Source: Candidatus Zambryskibacteria bacterium RIFCSPHIGHO2_01_FULL_46_25 (GTDB taxonomy: Bacteria > Patescibacteriota > Minisyncoccia > Phycocordibacterales > Zambryskibacteraceae). Taken from it: DNA of 64,000 bases. Shown in pieces: positions 57,446-64,000 of the stretch (positions within the stretch are counted from its first letter, which is position 1; each line of letters begins with the position of its first letter). The translations under genes and the position numbers were made by a program. The stretch lies in NCBI GenBank assembly GCA_001825155.1, contig MHVH01000006.1, forward strand, positions 4,939-68,938. Reading direction: 5' to 3'. Below the pieces are notes generated by a model. The model was not told the origin of the DNA. It searched no databases and was given only the letters and a program-made list of their open reading frames with translations.

Positions 57446-57603
57446 TGGTTTAATTATACATTTTGTTGTGGTCAGGAATATTCTGCTCGCCGTCGCTCGC
57501 AGAATTTCACGACCCTGACTCGGCTGTTTTGCGAGGCCGCAAAACATGCCTCCGTCCCGCACTAGTAGCGGAAATCAGCAGCAGTGCTGATTTCCGGCTC
57601 TAG

Positions 57604-57676
57604 TGCGCCCAGAGGGACTCGAACCCCCAACCCCTTGTTCCGAAGACAAGTACTCTATCCATTGAGCTATGGGCGC
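57604..57676 (-). tRNA. tRNA-Arg(TCG)
   Basis: Minus strand GCGCCCA.../...TGGGCGCA, anticodon loop CTTCGGA. Confidence 0.92.
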
Positions 57677-57739
57677 AACAAACATATCCTACAATAATAC
57701 TCGATTTTTTTCCTTTATTACGCTATTATCTTTTCACTA

Positions 57740-57810
57740 GCGGGTATGGTTCAGTGGCAGAACAATTGGTTGCCAATCAATTGACGGGAGTTCGATTCTC
57801 CCTACCCGCA
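57740..57810 (+). tRNA. tRNA-Gly(GCC)
   Basis: GCGGGTA/TACCCGC, loop TTGCCAA. Confidence 0.92.
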
Positions 57811-57828
57811 CATGGTGGCGCTCATAGT

Positions 57829-57899
57829 CGGGGTGTAGTACAGCAGTAGTATACACGCTTCGGGTGCGTGAGACCCGAGTGCGATTCTCGGCACCCCGA
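57829..57899 (+). tRNA. tRNA-Pro(CGG)
   Basis: CGGGGTG/CACCCCG, loop TTCGGGT. Confidence 0.9.
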
Positions 57900-57917
57900 C
57901 TCTGAGCATCACCGAAG

Positions 57918-57988
57918 CGGGCTGTAGTATAGTGGTAGTATATATGCTTTGGGAGCATAAGGTCTGGGTTCGATTCCCAGCAGCCCGA
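57918..57988 (+). tRNA. tRNA-Pro(TGG)
   Basis: CGGGCTG/CAGCCCG, loop TTTGGGA. Confidence 0.92.
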
Positions 57989-57996
57989 CACGTAAA

Positions 57997-58067
57997 CGGA
58001 GTATAGTATAGTGGTAGTATACATCCATGGGGTGGATGAGGCTCCGGTTCGATTCCGGGTACTCCGA
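57997..58067 (+). tRNA. tRNA-Pro(GGG)
   Basis: CGGAGTA/TACTCCG, loop ATGGGGT. Confidence 0.9.
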
Positions 58068-58076
58068 AACAATAAT

Positions 58077-58147
58077 GCGGGACTAGTTTAGTGGTAAAAC
58101 AACAGTTTTCCAAACTGTGGTCGGGAGTCCGATTCTCCCGTCCCGCA
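58077..58147 (+). tRNA. tRNA-Gly(TCC)
   Basis: GCGGGAC/GTCCCGC, loop TTTCCAA. Confidence 0.92.
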
Positions 58148-58150
58148 CCT

Positions 58151-58540
58151 CTAAATCACTATATTCTCTATCATCTCCACCCTCGCTCTGCGGGTGGTCA
58201 TGTCCATTTTTACCGTAATAAGGTCCAATTGCCAGTCACATTCCAGTTTCCTGTGTAACAAATAGGTCTGGATTACCCTACCCAAACGCTTAAGCTTCCA
58301 AGGATGCATATTCTCCTCCGGCCTTACCAAGGCAAGGCCTTGGTAAGTTACACAAGAAACACTTTTTACCTCTACAAAGTGAATAATATTAGCTTTTTTA
58401 GTCACTATATCTATTTCGCCCCACTTCCTTAGATAATTGCGCTCAACTATCTCATACCCGTGTTTCTTGAGAAACTCGCAGGCGATATTCTCGCCGATAT
58501 CGCCCAGTTTGCGTTTAGGAGTTCTAGTATCGGGTTTCAT
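58151..58540 (-). CDS. yraN: YraN (UPF0102) family nuclease-like protein
   Basis: G.IGE.IA..FL...GY.I.ERNY...WGEIDIV, FVEVK. Confidence 0.92.
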   Translation of the reverse strand: MKPDTRTPKRKLGDIGENIACEFLKKHGYEIVERNYLRKWGEIDIVTKKANIIHFVEVKSVSCVTYQGLALVRPEENMHPWKLKRLGRVIQTYLLHRKLECDWQLDLITVKMDMTTRRARVEMIENIVI

Positions 58541-58558
58541 GATTAACATTGAGTTATA

Positions 58559-58574
58559 TGTTTCATATGAAACA
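58559..58574. promoter_or_regulatory. parS-like centromere site
   Basis: Perfect palindrome TGTTTCATATGAAACA versus consensus TGTTTCACGTGAAACA; about 40 kb from oriC. Confidence 0.7.
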
Positions 58575-58661
58575 TAGTTTTTATAAATATGGCTTAAATT
58601 AGGGACATTTTAAGGGACTACTCTTAAATAATATGTCTTTTAGTACACATATTCCACATAC

Positions 58662-58670
58662 TTATCCACA
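58662..58670 (+). promoter_or_regulatory. Perfect DnaA box
   Basis: TTATCCACA, preceded by ATTCCACA. Confidence 0.55.
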
Positions 58671-59086
58671 GTTTGTGAAATTCCTTGTGAAATAAGCAAG
58701 GGTTTAAGCAGTTTTATAAAAAGGACATACAAAAACCGCCAACGGGCTTATTGACGGTTTTTACCGCCTCCTTGTGTTTTGCAAGTTGGCGGGGAACTCT
58801 ATTAGTACCACTCGACGCACAACACCAAACAAAACGGTGAAAAGATAGTTCCAGTAAGAAAGAGGGAAGCAGTTACGCCTGGGATCTAAAATGAATGTTG
58901 AGGATCCGTCGTATGCTCCTGACTTCTCCAAACCAGAACAGCTTCTCGAAAAGTCGTACGTACGTAAAAAGAACGTAAAGAACGGAACCAATAGCATTGG
59001 CTTGCAGAAGGCAAGCACTGCCGGGCGTCTGTAGCCATCTTAATCCTTAAAGGACAAATATAAAAGACAAATCTGTGGACAGCACG

Positions 59087-59878
59087 CTAATCTTTCAAGG
59101 TTAGCTTCACGGGACAGTGGTCGGAACCCATAATTTCGTCAAGTATCTTAATAGATTTTACCTTCTCTAACATCTCGGGGGAGGCAAAGAAGTAGTCAAT
59201 CCGCCAGCCGACATTGCGCTCGCGAGCGAAGCTCTTCATATCCCAGTATGTATAAGCGTCCGTCTTCTCCGGGTGGAAGTGACGGAAGACGTCTGTCCAT
59301 CCGTGGGAAGCAAGTTTGTCTACCCAGGCGCGTTCTATGGGGAGGAAGCCTATGTGAGTTTCGTTCTCCTTGGGTCTGGCAAGGTCTATTGCTTTGTGAG
59401 CCACATTCACATCTCCACAGAAGATAATAGGCTTATTGAGCCTGTCCGCCTGTCCGGTGGCGGATAACTTATCGATAAATTCTAGGAAATAGTCATAGAA
59501 ATCAAGCTTATATCGCAATCTCTCTGGCGCTCCGCCGCCGTTGGGGAAATAGCAGTTTATCAAGATAAAATCCTTATACTCGGCCATTATTAGCCGCCCT
59601 TCTTGGTCGAAGGCCTCAATGCCAAGGTCTCGGGTAATCTTCAAGGGTTTCTCTTTGCTGTATATAGCAACGCCGCTGTAGCCCTTCTTGACGGTAGGGA
59701 AGTGGAAGTAGGAATGGTAGCCCTCCGGGTCCCTTGCCTCCTGAGGAAGCTGGTCGGGCAGAGCCTTGGTCTCCTGTAAGCATAGGATGTCTGGTTTCAT
59801 ATGGAACACTTCGGCCAAATTGCCTTTCTTATGCACCGCTCTGACGCCGTTCACATTCCAGGAGATGATTTCTCGCAT
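59087..59878 (-). CDS. xth: Exodeoxyribonuclease III
   Basis: SWNVNG, LCLQETK, GYSGVA, EGR, YFPNG, GDVN.AH, WRIDY, SDHCP. Confidence 0.97.
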   Translation of the reverse strand: MREIISWNVNGVRAVHKKGNLAEVFHMKPDILCLQETKALPDQLPQEARDPEGYHSYFHFPTVKKGYSGVAIYSKEKPLKITRDLGIEAFDQEGRLIMAEYKDFILINCYFPNGGGAPERLRYKLDFYDYFLEFIDKLSATGQADRLNKPIIFCGDVNVAHKAIDLARPKENETHIGFLPIERAWVDKLASHGWTDVFRHFHPEKTDAYTYWDMKSFARERNVGWRIDYFFASPEMLEKVKSIKILDEIMGSDHCPVKLTLKD

Positions 59879-59906
59879 ATGCTTATGTTACAATATTTAG
59901 AAATAT

Positions 59907-60293
59907 ATGACTAAGAAAATACTTGCTTACGTTCTCGTTATTGTGATTCTCGCCGTGGCCGGATTTGCCGCCTATCGCGTCTTCAATAAACCCGATGAGC
60001 TGTCGTCGGAAAAAGCGGTCAAGCTCAATCTCGCCGAAATATCGTTCGAAGGGCAAGTCATCTCGATTGCGGGAGGCGTTGTAACAGCACGTGCCGGCCG
60101 AGTGCAGAGGACGGACGAGGGTAATGCGCTGGTTATGTATGATAGGGAGATAATCTTCTCCGGCACGGAAGGCAAAAACATTTTCGATAATCTCAAAGTA
60201 GGGGACAAAGCGGTTTTTTACGGCAAGGGCGACATCAATTCCGCCACCGACAACTCCAAGTTCACGGCGTACAAAGTGGTGAAGATTAAATAA
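59907..60293 (+). CDS. Membrane-anchored OB-fold-like hypothetical protein
   Basis: N-terminal TM, FDNLKVGDK.V. Confidence 0.65.
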   Translation: MTKKILAYVLVIVILAVAGFAAYRVFNKPDELSSEKAVKLNLAEISFEGQVISIAGGVVTARAGRVQRTDEGNALVMYDREIIFSGTEGKNIFDNLKVGDKAVFYGKGDINSATDNSKFTAYKVVKIK

Positions 60294-60347
60294 AGGGTTG
60301 ATTGGAACTAGCAAGTACGGTTTTTACTAGGCATAGGTTTATGTGGA

Positions 60348-60393
60348 AAACCTACTAATTTTGCTTGACTTTAGTAGGTTTAGACATTAAACT
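60348..60393 (+). promoter_or_regulatory. Promoter with 11-bp inverted-repeat operator
   Basis: AAACCTACTAA (60348-58) / TTAGTAGGTTT (60371-81) flanking TTGACT; TAAACT 17 nt downstream. Confidence 0.65.
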
Positions 60394-60405
60394 TAGTAAA
60401 CTCCT

Positions 60406-61134
60406 ATGATTGACGGTAAAGTACGAATAAGTGAAGCGGCGAAGATACTTGGAGTATCCGTCTCGACTCTTCGGAATTGGGAAGGGTCTGGGAAGCTCTA
60501 TGCGGAAAGAAGTGTTGGAAACCAGCGTTATTACCACTTGGCGGAACTTAAAAAGTTTGCCGCCGATATAGAGGCTCTGGGATTAGTGTGGGCAACAAGC
60601 GCGATACCACCAGAACTTCCTCCCGAATATTATTGCGAGTTACCTGACCGTTTTACAAGTCGAGTGACAAAAATGGGTATGGAACTCCAAGGAGACGTTC
60701 GCTTCTCGGAAGAGTTGGATTCACTCATCACTCTGGTTGCGAGCGAGATTGGCGATAATTCTTTTGCCCATAATGTGGGTAATTGGCCAGATAGTCCAGG
60801 CGCGTTCTATGCCTATGACCTTAGAAAGAGAGTCATAGTGATAGCTGACCGTGGTCGAGGCGTTAAGGCAACTCTTAGACAAGTAAGACCATCTATTGCC
60901 ACTGATATGGAAGCTTTGAAGGTTGCCTTTACGGAAATTATTTCTGGAAGAAATCCAGAAAAAAGAGGACAGGGGTTGAAGGTTGTACTTAAAGTTCTTG
61001 AGTCACGTGAAGTGGGACTTTTTTACCGTTCTGGTATTGGAGTCGTTACCGTCCCGGTTAAGAAGCCGGGCTATCTCAGTATTGGCCTGGCGGACCAAAA
61101 TGTGCGAGGCACATACTGTGTTATAAAGTTCTAA
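60406..61134 (+). CDS. MerR-type HTH fused to HATPase_c domain
   Basis: ISEAAKILGVSVSTLRNWE..G....R..GNQRYY; EIGDNSFAH, DRGRGV, RGQGL. Confidence 0.82.
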   Translation: MIDGKVRISEAAKILGVSVSTLRNWEGSGKLYAERSVGNQRYYHLAELKKFAADIEALGLVWATSAIPPELPPEYYCELPDRFTSRVTKMGMELQGDVRFSEELDSLITLVASEIGDNSFAHNVGNWPDSPGAFYAYDLRKRVIVIADRGRGVKATLRQVRPSIATDMEALKVAFTEIISGRNPEKRGQGLKVVLKVLESREVGLFYRSGIGVVTVPVKKPGYLSIGLADQNVRGTYCVIKF

Positions 61135-61141
61135 AATCATT

Positions 61142-61459
61142 ATGCAAACAATTCATCTCAAAAGATTCGGTAACGTGCTAGTGGGACGGCCCAATGGGCA
61201 AGAAGCCTTTAACGCGATTCGTCCTCAGCTAAATCAAAATATGCTTGTTCAGATCAACTTTGACGACGTTCTTACGGTCAATCCTTCTTGGCTTGATGAA
61301 TTTATTACGCGCCTTGCCGACTTCAATCACGGGAAGGTTGAGTTACTTCCCACAAATAATGCTTCTGTACGCATAGCACTTCCCGTAATAGCGAAGGAAC
61401 GCAAAGATTATGTAGCTGACATAGTAAATCGAGCCGTTAAGCAGATGGGGTTGAATTAA
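61142..61459 (+). CDS. STAS-like (DUF4325) protein
   Basis: FG.VL.GRP.G.EAF, INFDDV..VNPSWLDEF. Confidence 0.8.
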   Translation: MQTIHLKRFGNVLVGRPNGQEAFNAIRPQLNQNMLVQINFDDVLTVNPSWLDEFITRLADFNHGKVELLPTNNASVRIALPVIAKERKDYVADIVNRAVKQMGLN

Positions 61460-61568
61460 AGGTTGATTTTTCTAGGAATAAGCGTTTAATATATACAGAT
61501 TAAGATTGGTCCGTATCTTTGAGAGGGGGACTCTGGAAGTTTCCCTTGAGGAAAGGAGGTAAAAAGTC

Positions 61569-61799
61569 ATGAAGAGAAAGAGAATCAGCAAGCCCTTCAG
61601 TTTCCCGGTGCAGAATCAGGACTTCGTCAAGTCGTGGAAATCCGGGAAACACAACTACTGCGTGGAAGTTGCGCAGAAGCCGGAAGGTGTCGCCGTGCGA
61701 GACAGCAAGAATCGCAGTGGCGCGACTCTGTTCTTCACGAACGCCGAGTGGAGCGCCTTTCTCGCAGGCGCGAAGAGCGGTCAGTTCGACACCAGGTAG
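61569..61799 (+). CDS. DUF397-family protein (orphan)
   Basis: F.KS..S.....CVEVA....GVAVRDSK.....L.FT..EW.AFL.GAKSG.FD; SD AAGGAGG; hairpin 61806-61829. Confidence 0.85.
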   Translation: MKRKRISKPFSFPVQNQDFVKSWKSGKHNYCVEVAQKPEGVAVRDSKNRSGATLFFTNAEWSAFLAGAKSGQFDTR

Positions 61800-61849
61800 G
61801 ACGAAGAGGAGGACTCCGTGTCCTCCTCTAAGTTTTTATGTATTCATTT

Positions 61850-62284
61850 ATGCATTCAAAAAAAAGAAACAAAAGAATAAATTTTTTCTACGGGCTAGGC
61901 GATAAACCATCTGATTATGGGGCGCTTTCCAAATATCTAAATATCATAAAAATCGATTGGAATAATCCAGGCAGCGAGAAGGTACCTCAGTGTGACACCG
62001 TTGTCGGATTTTCCATGGGATGTTTCTTGGCGTTGGATTATGCAGAGAAGCATCGGATCAAAAAGTTGGTACTGTGTTCTCTCCCCGTGTGCGAGAACGT
62101 AGGTCCAGTCAAGGCAGATGAAATAATTTTCTTAGTCGGAGAAAAGGAGAAATGGATTCTGAAAGAGATAAACCGAGTGCGTAAAAGTATGAAAAGTAGG
62201 AGCCAGCTATTCATGATACTGGGTGCAAAACATAAAATAACAGGGAACTATAGAAAAAAATTGTTAGAGGTTATCGGCAATTAA
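61850..62284 (+). CDS. Minimal alpha/beta-hydrolase-like protein
   Basis: GFSMG nucleophile elbow, GEKE, GAKH. Confidence 0.65.
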   Translation: MHSKKRNKRINFFYGLGDKPSDYGALSKYLNIIKIDWNNPGSEKVPQCDTVVGFSMGCFLALDYAEKHRIKKLVLCSLPVCENVGPVKADEIIFLVGEKEKWILKEINRVRKSMKSRSQLFMILGAKHKITGNYRKKLLEVIGN

Positions 62285-62474
62285 CAGAAAATATTGTGGA
62301 TATAGAAGATTCTTGGAAAGTGAGTTGGGGATAACTTTATTAAAAGTGGCTTAAAATATGGATAAAGTGAGTAAGGGGGAAGATTTGACTTGACTTTGCG
62401 AAAGAATGGAGGTATGCTAGATGCAGACAGTAAACCGTAACTTGCCGGAATTCTCCGGCGGAAAGTAGGGTCAC

Positions 62475-62843
62475 ATGACCAGCAGAATGCTTCGACAGCT
62501 TCTCGTCGTTGTGACGCTGGTTGTGATGACCAGCGCCTGTGAGCAGATGGCGCGCTCGACGGTTTCGCCTTCGCCCGTAGTCGTGCCCACGACGGGCACG
62601 GTGACAGCGAGTCCGGGCAGCACTTCGCTCGGGCACTCCGTCAACGTCTCGTGGACTGCCACTTCGTCGGTGCGCGTGGATGTCTGCAATGTGCAGTGCA
62701 GCACGCTCGCAACCGCCACGGTCTCCGGGCAGACCACGCACACGCCGTCTGCTCCGGGTGAGTGGCGGTACGTACTCTACGGCGTGGCTGCTCAGCCGGA
62801 CGTCTTCGTCCGTTTGGCGGAAACCTCGGTGACCGTTCGTTAG
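62475..62843 (+). CDS. GC-rich putative lipoprotein, stand-alone unit
   Basis: TSAC lipobox, Ser/Thr/Val-rich Ig-like body; TTGACT-17-TATGCT promoter upstream. Confidence 0.6.
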   Translation: MTSRMLRQLLVVVTLVVMTSACEQMARSTVSPSPVVVPTTGTVTASPGSTSLGHSVNVSWTATSSVRVDVCNVQCSTLATATVSGQTTHTPSAPGEWRYVLYGVAAQPDVFVRLAETSVTVR

Positions 62844-62874
62844 AGTCACCTAGTCGCGGTTCGTCCGCAGTTCG

Positions 62875-62907
62875 AACTCCTCACACGCGCACGTGTGAGG
62901 AGTTTTT
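62875..62907 (+). terminator. Rho-independent terminator
   Basis: AACTCCTCACACG-CGCA-CGTGTGAGGAGTT-TTT. Confidence 0.8.
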
Positions 62908-62919
62908 CTTATGATAATT

Positions 62920-63402
62920 TTAGGAGGGGGATTTAATTTTTTCATAAATAGTTCTGATCTCAACGATAAAGGGTCCTTCGAGGTAAAAAACAGGAATATT
63001 AATTGATTTTGCGAAATCATGTTCCCATTTGCTGCCAACACTCGTTTCCCACAGCGGGAGAAACAAGAGTGCCCCAATTTTTCCGGACTCAAGTATTGGT
63101 TTATAAAAGAATTCTAATAAAGGATAGTCGTATCCAGTGTGATTCTCAAGTATAAGATCCATCCTACGTTCGTAGGCCATTTGGTTGAATACGGGAATTC
63201 CAATTTTTTCCGCGGCTTGTATTGTGGAAGAAATACACTCGATGTTTTCGTCTATGTTGCCGAATCCTCCTGTTGAGATAGGTCCGCAGAATTGAATCAC
63301 AGATCCCTTCTTGACCTCTATCTCCTTTATAGCTTGTAGTGCGAGTTCAAAGAGAGATTTTTCAGCCCCGGCTGATTTTGTGGTCAATCTTTGACTATTC
63401 AT
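62920..63402 (-). CDS. DUF4406 / nucleoside 2-deoxyribosyltransferase-like fold protein
   Basis: CGPISTGG, VFNQ, LP.WETS.GSKWEH..A....IPV. Confidence 0.65.
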   Translation of the reverse strand: MNSQRLTTKSAGAEKSLFELALQAIKEIEVKKGSVIQFCGPISTGGFGNIDENIECISSTIQAAEKIGIPVFNQMAYERRMDLILENHTGYDYPLLEFFYKPILESGKIGALLFLPLWETSVGSKWEHDFAKSINIPVFYLEGPFIVEIRTIYEKIKSPS

Positions 63403-63430
63403 TTACTTCTATTGTAAAGTAGAGTTTAAC

Positions 63431-64000
63431 ATGATTTCTTTGAGAGAACAGCAGAAAAAGCTATCTATAAACTTAATAAATTACGATCTTGAAAGGATGT
63501 GGAGTGCGCACCCTCTTATTTCAGAATTAAGGAAGCGAATTCTTCCTTTATTTCCCAAAAATGCAATATATGATCCCCAAGATTTGGAACATCAAGTTCT
63601 CTTTCGTCTCACGACCTTTGACCCAAAAGATATTAATGATGACCTCATACAATTTATAATTGATGAACAGTATCGTATTGTGCGGGACCGCCTTGATAAT
63701 TTAAAAGGTAAATTTGATATCGATTATCTTTTCAGGGGCTTAACCGAGAAATATCATGACCTTAATGTAAGTGACAGATTGGAATTAAAGTGGGAGGGTG
63801 AAAATCTTGTGGCAAAAAATGACAAAAGGTCTTTCAACATAGATTTTAGAGTGGTTCACGATGAGGATATCATAAGTCTATTCTCAAACGAACTTCACTA
63901 TATTCATAGGGATCGTCCGCGTGGCGAGACTTTCGGTTTTTATTTTGCTGGCGATGATATCCCGTGGGCTATAGAAACTACAGAGCCTTCTCCTATCGCT
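63431..64000 (+). CDS. Hypothetical protein, runs off the window end
   Basis: Open frame MISLREQQKK...NELHYIHRDRPRGETFGFYF... with no stop before 64000. Confidence 0.7.
   Translation, partial: MISLREQQKKLSINLINYDLERMWSAHPLISELRKRILPLFPKNAIYDPQDLEHQVLFRLTTFDPKDINDDLIQFIIDEQYRIVRDRLDNLKGKFDIDYLFRGLTEKYHDLNVSDRLELKWEGENLVAKNDKRSFNIDFRVVHDEDIISLFSNELHYIHRDRPRGETFGFYFAGDDIPWAIETTEPSPIA

Noticed and set aside
58550-58720. Second replication origin
   Set aside because: Only one perfect DnaA box and no trio/unwinding arrangement; the dnaA-dnaN gap fits oriC better.
58761-59040. ORF(s) between the DnaA-box patch and xth
   Set aside because: Several short minus-strand frames, none clearly coding; could be a degraded gene but no call can be supported.
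1-64000. Alternative genetic code (UGA=Gly), rRNA genes, introns, prophage
   Set aside because: Conserved genes are intact under code 11 and several end in TGA; no rRNA, intron-like interruptions or phage structural genes recognised.

Overview
Origin-proximal chromosomal segment of a bacterium with a reduced genome. Gene content and style point to Patescibacteria/CPR, Parcubacteria-like (inference: shortened PolA, YebC, HolA and FolD, a CPR-type T4SS/pilin cluster, CCA-less tRNAs, TGA used as stop). It contains the yidC-rnpA-rpmH / dnaA-oriC-dnaN-dciA block and repair/recombination genes (ruvABC, mutM, polA, uvrD, xth, comM, yraN). It also holds a ~15 kb VirB4/VirB6/PrgI/pilin (conjugation-type T4SS) cluster, nusA, an H+-PPase, clpP, rny, HU, a CCA-adding enzyme, 8 tRNAs, a parS-like palindrome, several toxin-antitoxin modules and two HATPase + STAS-like pairs. 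The most striking unexplained signal is a set of short repeat families (REP-like hairpins and degenerate 7-mer arrays) found intergenically, around two candidate mobile genes (a RAYT/HUH transposase and a four-helix-bundle protein), and in-frame inside many housekeeping proteins (KsgA, PolA, RuvA, MutM, TrmH, CCA, Xth, YraN, HolA). The 7-mer element also appears to supply -10 boxes to T4SS genes and brackets an inverted prgI. All calls come from reading the sequence and ORF track; no searches were run.
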